Virus record (IMG/VR): IMGVR_UViG_3300014205_000180
Coordinates: 32,001-96,000 of that record
Strand: one strand, 5' to 3'
Length of the DNA stretch: 64,000 nucleotides
DNA from: a virus
Taxonomy: Duplodnaviria > Caudoviricetes
Position numbers and translations under genes: made by a program. Shown here one piece after another: positions 49,115-58,364 of this stretch. How positions within the stretch are numbered: position 1 is the first letter of the stretch; each line of letters starts with the position of its first letter. The notes beneath the pieces were generated by a model, which was not told the DNA's origin, ran no database searches, and saw nothing but the letters and a program-made list of their open reading frames with translations.

Positions 49115-49723
49115 TCAGTCACGGTACTTTATCTTGTACCAGCATGGGTTTTTAGCAGACTGTAATTTACCACCAATCAATTTCGAATTTCTCTTCTTTA
49201 TAACAATTCCTTCACTTAAAGTAAAATTCTTTTGTTCATTGTAAAAATCTAAAACATTTCCTACAGATAACATAGGAATTTTAAATACTTGAAGATCACC
49301 TATGGGATTATTCATTGTAGCAGCTTCTAACTTTTTGAAAATAGGCAAATTTCTGCGGCTGTCCAGTGGCATGCTACCAGTGAATTTACCGTTAAACCAT
49401 GTGATATCGTGGAATCCGATGCATTCAATTAATGGAAGATTTACATTCATCGTGGTGTTTATCGACTTAATTCTTGAATGATTTATCCATTCACCATCTA
49501 TTGCACTACCATCTTCGAGAATTTCTCTGAATAAATCGATCAGTTTATTATTAATCTTCAAAATTTCGTCATGCCTGCTACGCGAGATTATCTTGCCATT
49601 ATCCTTACCAATTTCGATTCTATAGCCATCGAGTTTCATTTCACATGACCATTCATCGACTTCAACATCATTCAGAAATTCTTCTGAAGTCCTAATCGGC
49701 TTATCTGGTGCTATGAATTGCAT
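49115..49723 (-). CDS. ATP-dependent ligase adenylation domain only
   Basis: EMKLDGYR, DGEW, FHDI, EGIVIK, WYKIK then stop; start MQFIAP follows the TTGTTATAAAA motif. Confidence 0.85.
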   Translation of the reverse strand: MQFIAPDKPIRTSEEFLNDVEVDEWSCEMKLDGYRIEIGKDNGKIISRSRHDEILKINNKLIDLFREILEDGSAIDGEWINHSRIKSINTTMNVNLPLIECIGFHDITWFNGKFTGSMPLDSRRNLPIFKKLEAATMNNPIGDLQVFKIPMLSVGNVLDFYNEQKNFTLSEGIVIKKRNSKLIGGKLQSAKNPCWYKIKYRD

Positions 49724-49794
49724 TGTTCTATCTGCCTTTTTATAACAACCTTTACAAAACCTTAAAGTCTCATAAAAAAGCATAAGGAAAAATC

Positions 49795-50241
49795 ATGACA
49801 ACAGAAATCGGTGAAAAAGTTCGTTTTCTCACCCATAATAATGAAATAAGCACCGAAATTTGCATAATTGCTGAAATTTGTAATGATAATACTGTTAAAT
49901 TAAAAAAACCAAATGGTGAAATGATGAGGATATTCAGTGACAGAATCAGGCCAGTTGAAATGAAAACTATCAGTAAACAAAGTGTTAATAATGAAAAGTT
50001 TGATCCATGGGCTGAAATAGATGATGGTGAAGTATGGTTAAAACAATCTAAATTCAATAGCTCAATAGTTATGAAATCATATACTATAATCAATTTATCT
50101 AAACAAACGTATAGATCTGTAAATGTATACAATGATAAAATAAGTAACATAAATATAAAAGACTTCAAATTAGAAAATTGTGAGAAACTCACAGCCAAAC
50201 TAGCCAAAAAAGGCTATAAAAAGATGGCTAAGGAGAATTAA
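49795..50241 (+). CDS. Hypothetical protein (SH3-like N-terminus possible)
   Basis: AAGGA SD; first gene of AAA/VWA run. Confidence 0.65.
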   Translation: MTTEIGEKVRFLTHNNEISTEICIIAEICNDNTVKLKKPNGEMMRIFSDRIRPVEMKTISKQSVNNEKFDPWAEIDDGEVWLKQSKFNSSIVMKSYTIINLSKQTYRSVNVYNDKISNINIKDFKLENCEKLTAKLAKKGYKKMAKEN

Positions 50242-51627
50242 ATGATATTTTCAGAATTGGATTTAGCTATTTCAGTAGCCCATGCTGCAGATATACCACT
50301 GTTCGTATGGGGTCCTAGAGGAATTGGTAAAAGTAACGGCGTCAAGAAATATTGCAGAAGCAGGTTTCATTTCTACGACGAAAACGGTGTAGGCAGTGTT
50401 CCATTCTTTAATAGGGATATGCGTGCTGCACAAATGGAAGCTTCTGAATTAAGAGGGCTACCAAAAGAAGATGGTGATTCGTTCATCTATCTCCCTCCAA
50501 AAGATTTACCAAGAGGCACGTTTATTGATGAAATGGGCAATACTTGGGGAAGGAATTCTGACAAAAAACCAGAAGTATCGCCTATTTATACTGCGGTTAT
50601 CGAATCAGAAAAATATAAAACCGATAGTGAATTCAGAAAACTAACAGATAAAACATGGAAATTTAAAGGAAGAGTTGAATATCATAAAGGTATTTTGTTC
50701 TTAGATGAAATCAATAGAGGTGAAGATGATGTACTTCAAGCATTATTTGAATTAATTTTAGATAGAAAAACTGGCGGATACGAATTACCACTAAAAATAA
50801 TGATTGTTGGTGCTGGTAATCCATCTGGATCAAGGTATAGGACAAATACATTCGTATCTGATGCGGCATTTACTTCACGATGGTGCCATATCAGCATGGA
50901 AATTAACAATGATTATATTTCTGATTGGATGACTTATATTAAATCTACATCAATTGATAGTAATATAACTAACAAAATAGTTCAATTTTGTGCTGGAAAT
51001 AACGATCATTTAATTCAGAGCGAAGACGGTTCAGAAGAATTAATTATTGAACCAAATCCAAGATCATGGGAATTCGTCTCAAGAATAGAACAAGCAATCT
51101 ATGATAATTTAAATATCTTTAAAAGCGATGAGCAAAGAAATAATGTAAGAACAGAATTAATTCAAGGTTTAATTGGCATATCGATGACTAACGCATATAA
51201 AAATTGGGCTGCAGAATTATATCCTAATGATATTATTGAAAAAGGAGTTGATAAAACAATAGCATCAATACTAAAAACGATGAAAAGACCAGAAATGCAA
51301 GGTTTAATGTTTGGAGTGGCCAATTTAGCAGTTTCAATAAAAGAACCATCAAATAATCAAATAGAAAATGTAATATTATTCTGCAAATGGATGATAAACA
51401 ATAACAATTATAAAGATTTAGCAGTTGGATTCTGCAGAATGCTAACTAACAATGAGTTAGAAAGCAGCTTAAAGGGCGCTGCCCTAATTAATCCATCAAT
51501 TCAAAGAATATTGAATAAGCAAAATAAAGTAAGAACATGGTACAATGCATTAACAAATGATGCATCACTATCAAACGAAATACAATTAACTGCTTGGGGA
51601 ACTGAAATAAAGTTAGATAAAAAATGA
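50242..51627 (+). CDS. MoxR-like AAA+ ATPase
   Basis: GPRGIGKS, LRGLP, ILFLDEINR, AGNP, D.A..SRW, NPRSW. Confidence 0.9.
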   Translation: MIFSELDLAISVAHAADIPLFVWGPRGIGKSNGVKKYCRSRFHFYDENGVGSVPFFNRDMRAAQMEASELRGLPKEDGDSFIYLPPKDLPRGTFIDEMGNTWGRNSDKKPEVSPIYTAVIESEKYKTDSEFRKLTDKTWKFKGRVEYHKGILFLDEINRGEDDVLQALFELILDRKTGGYELPLKIMIVGAGNPSGSRYRTNTFVSDAAFTSRWCHISMEINNDYISDWMTYIKSTSIDSNITNKIVQFCAGNNDHLIQSEDGSEELIIEPNPRSWEFVSRIEQAIYDNLNIFKSDEQRNNVRTELIQGLIGISMTNAYKNWAAELYPNDIIEKGVDKTIASILKTMKRPEMQGLMFGVANLAVSIKEPSNNQIENVILFCKWMINNNNYKDLAVGFCRMLTNNELESSLKGAALINPSIQRILNKQNKVRTWYNALTNDASLSNEIQLTAWGTEIKLDKK

Positions 51628-52835
51628 GTAAAAATAAAATGATGGATGCCAGATGCAGAATTCAAATTCTGCATCCATGGTATGGAACATTTTCTACTAG
51701 AATAGATTGGATAGAAGATGAAAGAATTAAAACTGTTGGGGTGAATTTTAAAAAAGGCGGTAGGGTAAATTGCTATTATAATAAAGATTGGTGTGATCAG
51801 CTATCAATAGAACAATTAATTGCTGTTATTATTCATGAAATAGAGCATGTAATTAGAATGCATCCGGTTAGATCTATAGGCCCAACTAATGAACATCATG
51901 TTATAAATAATATAGCACAAGATTGGTTAATAAATGGCACAAAAAATAGAAAAGAAATAGAAAATTTACCTGATTGTGGCATGTTTATGCCAGACCCAAA
52001 TGATAATAATGATCTTTGGGACGGAATAGATTTAGATTTTTTCACTATTTCGCACACTAGTGAAGAAACCGCAAAATGGTTAATTAGCAATTCAACGATT
52101 AAAAAGCTTGATAATGGTTGGGCATTAATACTAAACAATGGTAGATTACTCCATGTTGAATTACATGATAATCATGATATATGGTCTGAAAGTGACGCAT
52201 CAAATGATGAAGTCAGACAAACAATAAAAGAAATCATAAACTCAACAACAAAGACTGCTGGATCACCCCCAGGCCATTTAGAAGAATTCATTAACAAAGT
52301 TCAATCGTCCAAAATACATTATTCACATTTATTAAGAAATTTAATAGGAAGATCAATCGGGCAAAAAAGAAAAACATATTCAAGATTAAATAGGAAAAGA
52401 CAAGAATTTGGGATAAAAGGAACGTCATCTCATGGTGGTAATGAATTAACCATAATGGTTGACACTAGCGGGTCGATGTACACTAAAGTATTAGAAGTAG
52501 TATTTGGTGAGATAGAAGCAATATCACAGAAATTTAAGATAAAATTAGTTGAATTTGATAGCGAAGTACAAAAAGTAGCCGATTATAGAAAAGGTGATTG
52601 GAAGAAAATAGCTATAAAAGGAAGAGGTGGAACCTGCTTCAATAAAGTTCTTACTTATATTGAAGAAAATAATTTAGTAGCTGATGTTAATATTTTACTA
52701 ACAGATGGGTGGGATATTCTACCACCATCAAGAAAATATCAACTAATATGGGCAATAGTTGGGTCTGATAACTGCAAAAAATTCAAACAGCAAGATTATT
52801 GGGGTGACCTATTAGAAATTGATCGTATTATATAG
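51624..52835 (+). CDS. Metallopeptidase plus VWA domain protein (DUF2201-like)
   Basis: HEIEH zincin motif, N.A.D..IN, VDTSGSM MIDAS, GRGGT, LTDG. Confidence 0.9.
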   Translation: MSKNKMMDARCRIQILHPWYGTFSTRIDWIEDERIKTVGVNFKKGGRVNCYYNKDWCDQLSIEQLIAVIIHEIEHVIRMHPVRSIGPTNEHHVINNIAQDWLINGTKNRKEIENLPDCGMFMPDPNDNNDLWDGIDLDFFTISHTSEETAKWLISNSTIKKLDNGWALILNNGRLLHVELHDNHDIWSESDASNDEVRQTIKEIINSTTKTAGSPPGHLEEFINKVQSSKIHYSHLLRNLIGRSIGQKRKTYSRLNRKRQEFGIKGTSSHGGNELTIMVDTSGSMYTKVLEVVFGEIEAISQKFKIKLVEFDSEVQKVADYRKGDWKKIAIKGRGGTCFNKVLTYIEENNLVADVNILLTDGWDILPPSRKYQLIWAIVGSDNCKKFKQQDYWGDLLEIDRII

Positions 52836-53550
52836 ATCCCATTATTTGATCTATTTCGCCATCAAGTTCTGTTTTTTCGCCACCATCCTGGCCTTCCTTA
52901 GCTTCTCCTTGGCCTTCCTGTGCCTCTCCTTGACCTTCTGTGGTTCCTGCGGCTTCTGGCGCGGCCTGATCGTCTAATGGCTCTTCTGGCGTTATCTCTG
53001 GCTTATTTTCTACTTCATTTGATACTAATCCCATTCTATTAAGAACCCTATCTGAAATATTTTGTAAGAACGTTAATGGGTCTTTATCATCATCTATCCA
53101 GATAACACCCTTCTCCAATATCTTTTTATCTTTAAATAACTGCGTCATATATTTGGTCTTCTTACCCTGCTTAGCACTTAATGATCTAGCTCTTAAAATA
53201 AATCCACCAACGTGTTTAGACTTCAATTCGTTATTATCAGTTGGAATAGCTGTCCATTTAACAACTTTTTCTGGTGCTACTGGCTCAGGATCTATACTAA
53301 CTGGTTCTGGCATATCAATGCCATCTGGAGTATCTGGAGAATCAATTGCTCCAAGTTCAGATTCAAAGTCATCTAATGAAGCTTCTGCATCATCACCAGC
53401 GTCATCACCACCTAAATCCATATCATTGTTGCCAACAGCATCAAAACCAACGTCAGTTGGATTAATATCTTTCTGTGAATCATCTTTTGGAAAATCAGAA
53501 GTTTTAAATTCTTCTGGATTTATCGGTTTAAACGGATCGAATTCAGGCAT
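52828..53550 (-). CDS. Acidic low-complexity protein (scaffold/head-like)
   Basis: D/E/P/G-rich termini around a basic core. Confidence 0.65.
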   Translation of the reverse strand: MPEFDPFKPINPEEFKTSDFPKDDSQKDINPTDVGFDAVGNNDMDLGGDDAGDDAEASLDDFESELGAIDSPDTPDGIDMPEPVSIDPEPVAPEKVVKWTAIPTDNNELKSKHVGGFILRARSLSAKQGKKTKYMTQLFKDKKILEKGVIWIDDDKDPLTFLQNISDRVLNRMGLVSNEVENKPEITPEEPLDDQAAPEAAGTTEGQGEAQEGQGEAKEGQDGGEKTELDGEIDQIMGSI

Positions 53551-53998
53551 TGAATTCTTCCTTTACTATATCAGAAATCTCTGATATTCTTTCACCAAGA
53601 GCTAAAAATTTTTCTTTTGAATCAGGCTTCATATTAACAGCAAATTTGAACCAGTTTTTGACTATTCCATCTAATTGATCTGTAATGTTTTTTAATGTGT
53701 ATCCAGAAGAGTTTGGTTCATTAGTTTGATTTAGCTTTGGATTATAATTTTCAATTTCAGACATATCATCAACTTTTTCATCTGATCCTATCTCAGCTTT
53801 AGAATCAAGACCAGCTTCAAGACCAGCTTCTGGACCAGCTTCAAGGCCAGCTTCATCTCCGCCCATCAATTTATTAATTTCTGCATCTAGCCCAGGAGCA
53901 CCATCTAATTCAGTCCCAGCATCTTTATCAATGTCTTTTAAGCCTTCTTCTTCTGAAAGAAGTTTCGTATGCAACTTTGAAATGCTTGATAATTTCAT
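53543..53998 (-). CDS. Acidic protein with EAGL repeats
   Basis: 151 aa; 12-nt repeats near 53800-53850. Confidence 0.65.
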   Translation of the reverse strand: MKLSSISKLHTKLLSEEEGLKDIDKDAGTELDGAPGLDAEINKLMGGDEAGLEAGPEAGLEAGLDSKAEIGSDEKVDDMSEIENYNPKLNQTNEPNSSGYTLKNITDQLDGIVKNWFKFAVNMKPDSKEKFLALGERISEISDIVKEEFNA

Positions 53999-54596
53999 TT
54001 CTAATGCCTTGTATTCCTGAATCTAGGTCTAAAGATACAATTATTTGTATCTCTGAACTAGTTGGTTTTCTCTTATATATTTTATTAAATAAGAATTCTA
54101 CATTATTGTCATTTTTTGATATATTGTTAGAACTAAATATCGCTGACATTCGCATTAATTGCCATACATTAATCATATTATATCCACTATCATTGAATAT
54201 TCTTCCAAACTTATATCTAACATATCTTCCAATTTCATGTAAATTATCAAAATTTATATCAACTTTAGATATCTCTTTATATGCTTTAGATATTATCTTG
54301 GAACTAACTTCTAAATCTCCATGCTCTGCATATATTGATTGCATCACATATGTATTCATATGAATATCAGGGTTTACCGGCCTGTTAACTTTTGTCAAAA
54401 ACTCCATATGTTCTAAATCATATTTGGTTGGTTTTCTATTATTACGTATAAAATATGCTTTTGAATAGTCTTTAATTCCAGTATTATTAATATAATGTAA
54501 AGCATATGTGCATTCGTACTGCCTTAACGTATTAACATCATACAGGTAAATAAATGGTGACAAATTTATTTCACATTCAAGGGACTTAAACATCAT
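53928..54596 (-). CDS. Hypothetical protein
   Basis: 222-aa ORF; repeated RKPT motif. Confidence 0.6.
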   Translation of the reverse strand: MMFKSLECEINLSPFIYLYDVNTLRQYECTYALHYINNTGIKDYSKAYFIRNNRKPTKYDLEHMEFLTKVNRPVNPDIHMNTYVMQSIYAEHGDLEVSSKIISKAYKEISKVDINFDNLHEIGRYVRYKFGRIFNDSGYNMINVWQLMRMSAIFSSNNISKNDNNVEFLFNKIYKRKPTSSEIQIIVSLDLDSGIQGIRNEIIKHFKVAYETSFRRRRLKRH

Positions 54597-55704
54597 GATT
54601 CCAGTTTATAACCAGATTTTTACTGATGATGATGCTAAAGCTGTTCAAGATGCTGTAAAATCTCAATTCATAACTCAAGCAAGTCCGGAAGTTGATAAAC
54701 TTGAAGATAATTTTAAACGTCTTACTGGAAGAAGACATGCTATTAGTTGTTCTAATGGCACAACAGCATTGCATCTTGCACTTTTAAGTACCAACCTTGA
54801 AAGGAAAAATATAGCGATCCCTGCTTGTTGTTTTGTGGCTGTAGCTTTTGCTGTAGAATATGTTAAGGCTAATCCAATTTTTATTGATGCAGATATCGAT
54901 TCTTGGAATATGGATTTAAATATTCTAGAACGTAAATGCAAACTATGCAAAATAGATGCCGTAATAGCTGTTCATAATTATGGAAATCCAATAGATATGA
55001 TTAGATTAACTGAATTGTCACTAAAATATGGATTTAAAATAATTGAAGATGGATGCGAGGCATTAACATCAATTGCTAATTATAAGCCAGTAGGAAGTTT
55101 TGGTGAAGCATCTGTATTTAGCATGTATGGAAATAAATTAATAAGCTGCGGTGAAGGTGGAATGATATTAACAAATGATGATAAAATAGCTGACAGATGC
55201 AGATTGTTAAGAGGTCAAGCGCAACAACCTGGAAAAAGATTTTGGCATTGTGATATTGGATATAATTATAGAATGACTGGAATGCAGGCAGCACTTGCCA
55301 ATTCACAAATTAAAAGAATAAAAAATACTTCATTTAAATTAATACAAATAGCAGAAACATACGCTAGATTATTTGGCGATAAATTCATAACACAAAAAAC
55401 TCCATTCTTTGGTCATTTTAATTCATGGTGGATGTTTTCGATATTTAATAAATCAGATAGTGATTATTATGAAAAAACGTCCAAACGGCTTAGTGCATGC
55501 GGATATGATTCAAGACCGATATTCCCGCCAATTCCACTAATGCCGCCATGGAGCCATCACGAATTGACAGAAAATGATTTTCCTGTAGCTGTGAAATTAT
55601 GGAAGCAGGGAATAACTCTTCCTGGCGGTCCAGGCATAGAAATAACAGAAGTTGAAAAAATTGCTAAAATTATCCTAAATGATTATTCTTCCTCTTATAA
55701 ATAA
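54595..55704 (+). CDS. DegT/DnrJ/EryC1/StrS PLP aminotransferase (perosamine synthase-like)
   Basis: SNGTTALHLAL, VHNYG, IIEDGCEA, FSMYGNKLISCGEGGM, GYNYRMT..QAA. Confidence 0.93.
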   Translation: MIPVYNQIFTDDDAKAVQDAVKSQFITQASPEVDKLEDNFKRLTGRRHAISCSNGTTALHLALLSTNLERKNIAIPACCFVAVAFAVEYVKANPIFIDADIDSWNMDLNILERKCKLCKIDAVIAVHNYGNPIDMIRLTELSLKYGFKIIEDGCEALTSIANYKPVGSFGEASVFSMYGNKLISCGEGGMILTNDDKIADRCRLLRGQAQQPGKRFWHCDIGYNYRMTGMQAALANSQIKRIKNTSFKLIQIAETYARLFGDKFITQKTPFFGHFNSWWMFSIFNKSDSDYYEKTSKRLSACGYDSRPIFPPIPLMPPWSHHELTENDFPVAVKLWKQGITLPGGPGIEITEVEKIAKIILNDYSSSYK

Positions 55705-56290
55705 ATATTGGCCTATTTTGTGGTTTAACACTTGAAGCTTCACCAGCAAATTTTTTCTCAAAATATTCAATGTATCCATGGAAGAATTTTGGACCTTTAA
55801 GTATTATATAATCAGTTTCAATCTTCGTTCTAGTAAAATTAATTATTTTATTTTCAAGATTATTTTTATTAAAATCAACAAATATCATTTGATGTGGTAA
55901 TAGCATCAATCCAGGTTTATAAATTTGAAATACTTTATGATAATTTAGTTCTTCTAATGTCACAATTATTTCTGGTTTAACCTCCTTTACTACAGTGTTT
56001 TCTTTTCCTTGATTTGATGGTTTAACAGGTGCGCGATTAACATTTTCATTATCGAATATTAACATATGCGGATAACGTTCTTTTAAAAATTGAATTAACA
56101 GTCCAGATTTTCCTGCTTTAGATAATTTGCCATATATTTCTTCCATTTTTACTTTATTATCACCACAAGATTTACCAAGTTTTAAAAAATTTATTAATTC
56201 ATCGTGATATTCAATAGATATAGATTTTAACCATTCTTGAAAATCATCACGTCTTGATAATCCGCAGAATCTTGTAACGTCTATTTTCAT
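55670..56290 (-). CDS. Hypothetical protein
   Basis: 206-aa ORF. Confidence 0.65.
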   Translation of the reverse strand: MKIDVTRFCGLSRRDDFQEWLKSISIEYHDELINFLKLGKSCGDNKVKMEEIYGKLSKAGKSGLLIQFLKERYPHMLIFDNENVNRAPVKPSNQGKENTVVKEVKPEIIVTLEELNYHKVFQIYKPGLMLLPHQMIFVDFNKNNLENKIINFTRTKIETDYIILKGPKFFHGYIEYFEKKFAGEASSVKPQNRPIFIYKRKNNHLG

Positions 56291-56303
56291 TTAAAATTAT
56301 CTA

Positions 56304-58364
56304 CTAGTCAGTAACAGGATCAGTCGGATCTAAAATTGGCACAACGACTTTTTTAATTGAAGATTTTGGATCGCCTATTGTTTTAAATGCAATATCGTTA
56401 TTAATATTACTAATTATAAGATCTGAAAGATCCTTATCATAAACTAATCTTATCTTAGTATTTCCATCATCTCTAGGCAGTCCGAAGAATCCATCACCAT
56501 CAACAGTCGGCCAAGCTATTGCAACTTGCTCTCCTAGTACATTCTTGAAATATGCAATGAATGGTGTTGTATCATATTCACCACCACCACAGGTTACATC
56601 AGTACCAATGCTTCTGAACACCACTATGAACTGAGTTCCAAATATCGATGTGTGAGCAGCGCAAGCTTTACCTATTCTCCATCCACGCTCATAAAATGCG
56701 GCATGTGACGCTCTGATGATTGATGATGGAAGATCTGCTATGGTTGGATCAATTACTACTTCTGTTGTAGCTGTTGGTTCAACATTATCACATTTTTCAA
56801 AACATTTAGTTGGCTGTATGCACAATCTGACCTTACCATCAATACTTATTATGCTACCATTAGGCGGTGGCGGATTTAAATAAAATGATGCTACTCCACC
56901 GTAATGCTTAAATCCAATAACATCACCAACATAAGAAGCATTCGCTAATGGTTGATTGAAATAACCTCTATTTTCAGATGTATAAAGTCTACTGATCTTA
57001 TTATCATCTTGGTCTTTATCAACAAATTTAACACTATATCTTCCAGAATATCCTAATTTGTCATATTGCGGGCAGCATTCAACTATTGTTGAAACATAAT
57101 CGCCAGCAGGTAAATTGACACTTATAGCTCTTTGTTGATTAACATTGTAACTCTTTAAGTCAACAATTAAGAAACAATCTTTGCAATCGTAAGTGTCTGG
57201 ATTTGTACCATTAAATCTTGCTTCTCCTTCAGCTTTACCAATATCACCTGGCAAAAAATCATATGGATTTTGTTGTGGATTTGCTCTTGGATATTTAGTA
57301 TCATCATCACTTGTTAATTTGAAAGCATACATCGCCTGTGCCGCTGCGTACCTAGCCATTGACCAGCTATTTCTTATCGTCTGATTCTTTTCTTTACTGT
57401 CTATTGCTTCAATCGCGCAGCATAAAGCTTGTTTCTGCGAATTAAACATCTCCATCATTGCATTCAGCCATTTTCTAACAAGATTTTCTCTCTCAACTTT
57501 TGCAATATTTAATAATTCAATAAATCTCTCTTTTATTTGTTCCTGAATCGTAAATGTATCAATATAGAATATTTCAGTTGAACACACATTTCTATAACAT
57601 CCAGATTTACATGGAGCAATACGCTCTTTTAATGCTGTAAGCCACGTAGTCTTTTTATTGACCCAATGTACTCTATTGGGGCATGCTGTAACATTTCCAA
57701 CGTTCCCAAGAACAACTATTAATTTTCTTGGATCTTCCGGATCATTTTTTATATCAACAACAACTTTTTTAATTCTTGATTGATCAACTAGTGCATAATC
57801 CTGTACTAAAGTTCCAACATATGGAGCGTTGTTTCCATCTGCCCCTTTAGGTCCTCTTGGGCCAGTTTCTATATTATCACGTCCTGGCTTGCCTCTTTCT
57901 CCCTGGTCGCCATCATCTCCAGGCATTGATCTGTATTTTATCTTACCGCGTAATTCAAGTTCTTCAACTAAACGACTAATATTTATTGAAAAGTCTATTC
58001 CAGACGTATTTTCATGAATAATAAAATCGACTTTTTCTTTTTCTGATTTATTAATCACATCAAGACTACTTAAAATATTTAAATCATTCTTTGAACTTTC
58101 TATTTTTACAATTCCTTCTCTATAAACAGTATTACATTCATCAGATGTTAAAGTAGTCTGCGGTGGTGGTATCAATAATGAGTTTAATTTATTAAAGTCT
58201 TCACTAGACATTAATCCATCATTATTAACACTTGCTAATGGAACATTTGATAATCCGATTATTCTTTTCCATGAATTAGTAGGTTTTTGATATTGATAGT
58301 ATATGCCACTTGAATATTCAAAAACATCACCATCAGTAGGATCGTCAGGAAACTTTATATTCAT
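56304..58364 (-). CDS. Structural protein with short collagen-like segment
   Basis: FP..P.DG N-terminus, PLAS...DGLMS..D..KL motif, G-X-Y run; ends TAG TAG. Confidence 0.7.
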   Translation of the reverse strand: MNIKFPDDPTDGDVFEYSSGIYYQYQKPTNSWKRIIGLSNVPLASVNNDGLMSSEDFNKLNSLLIPPPQTTLTSDECNTVYREGIVKIESSKNDLNILSSLDVINKSEKEKVDFIIHENTSGIDFSINISRLVEELELRGKIKYRSMPGDDGDQGERGKPGRDNIETGPRGPKGADGNNAPYVGTLVQDYALVDQSRIKKVVVDIKNDPEDPRKLIVVLGNVGNVTACPNRVHWVNKKTTWLTALKERIAPCKSGCYRNVCSTEIFYIDTFTIQEQIKERFIELLNIAKVERENLVRKWLNAMMEMFNSQKQALCCAIEAIDSKEKNQTIRNSWSMARYAAAQAMYAFKLTSDDDTKYPRANPQQNPYDFLPGDIGKAEGEARFNGTNPDTYDCKDCFLIVDLKSYNVNQQRAISVNLPAGDYVSTIVECCPQYDKLGYSGRYSVKFVDKDQDDNKISRLYTSENRGYFNQPLANASYVGDVIGFKHYGGVASFYLNPPPPNGSIISIDGKVRLCIQPTKCFEKCDNVEPTATTEVVIDPTIADLPSSIIRASHAAFYERGWRIGKACAAHTSIFGTQFIVVFRSIGTDVTCGGGEYDTTPFIAYFKNVLGEQVAIAWPTVDGDGFFGLPRDDGNTKIRLVYDKDLSDLIISNINNDIAFKTIGDPKSSIKKVVVPILDPTDPVTD

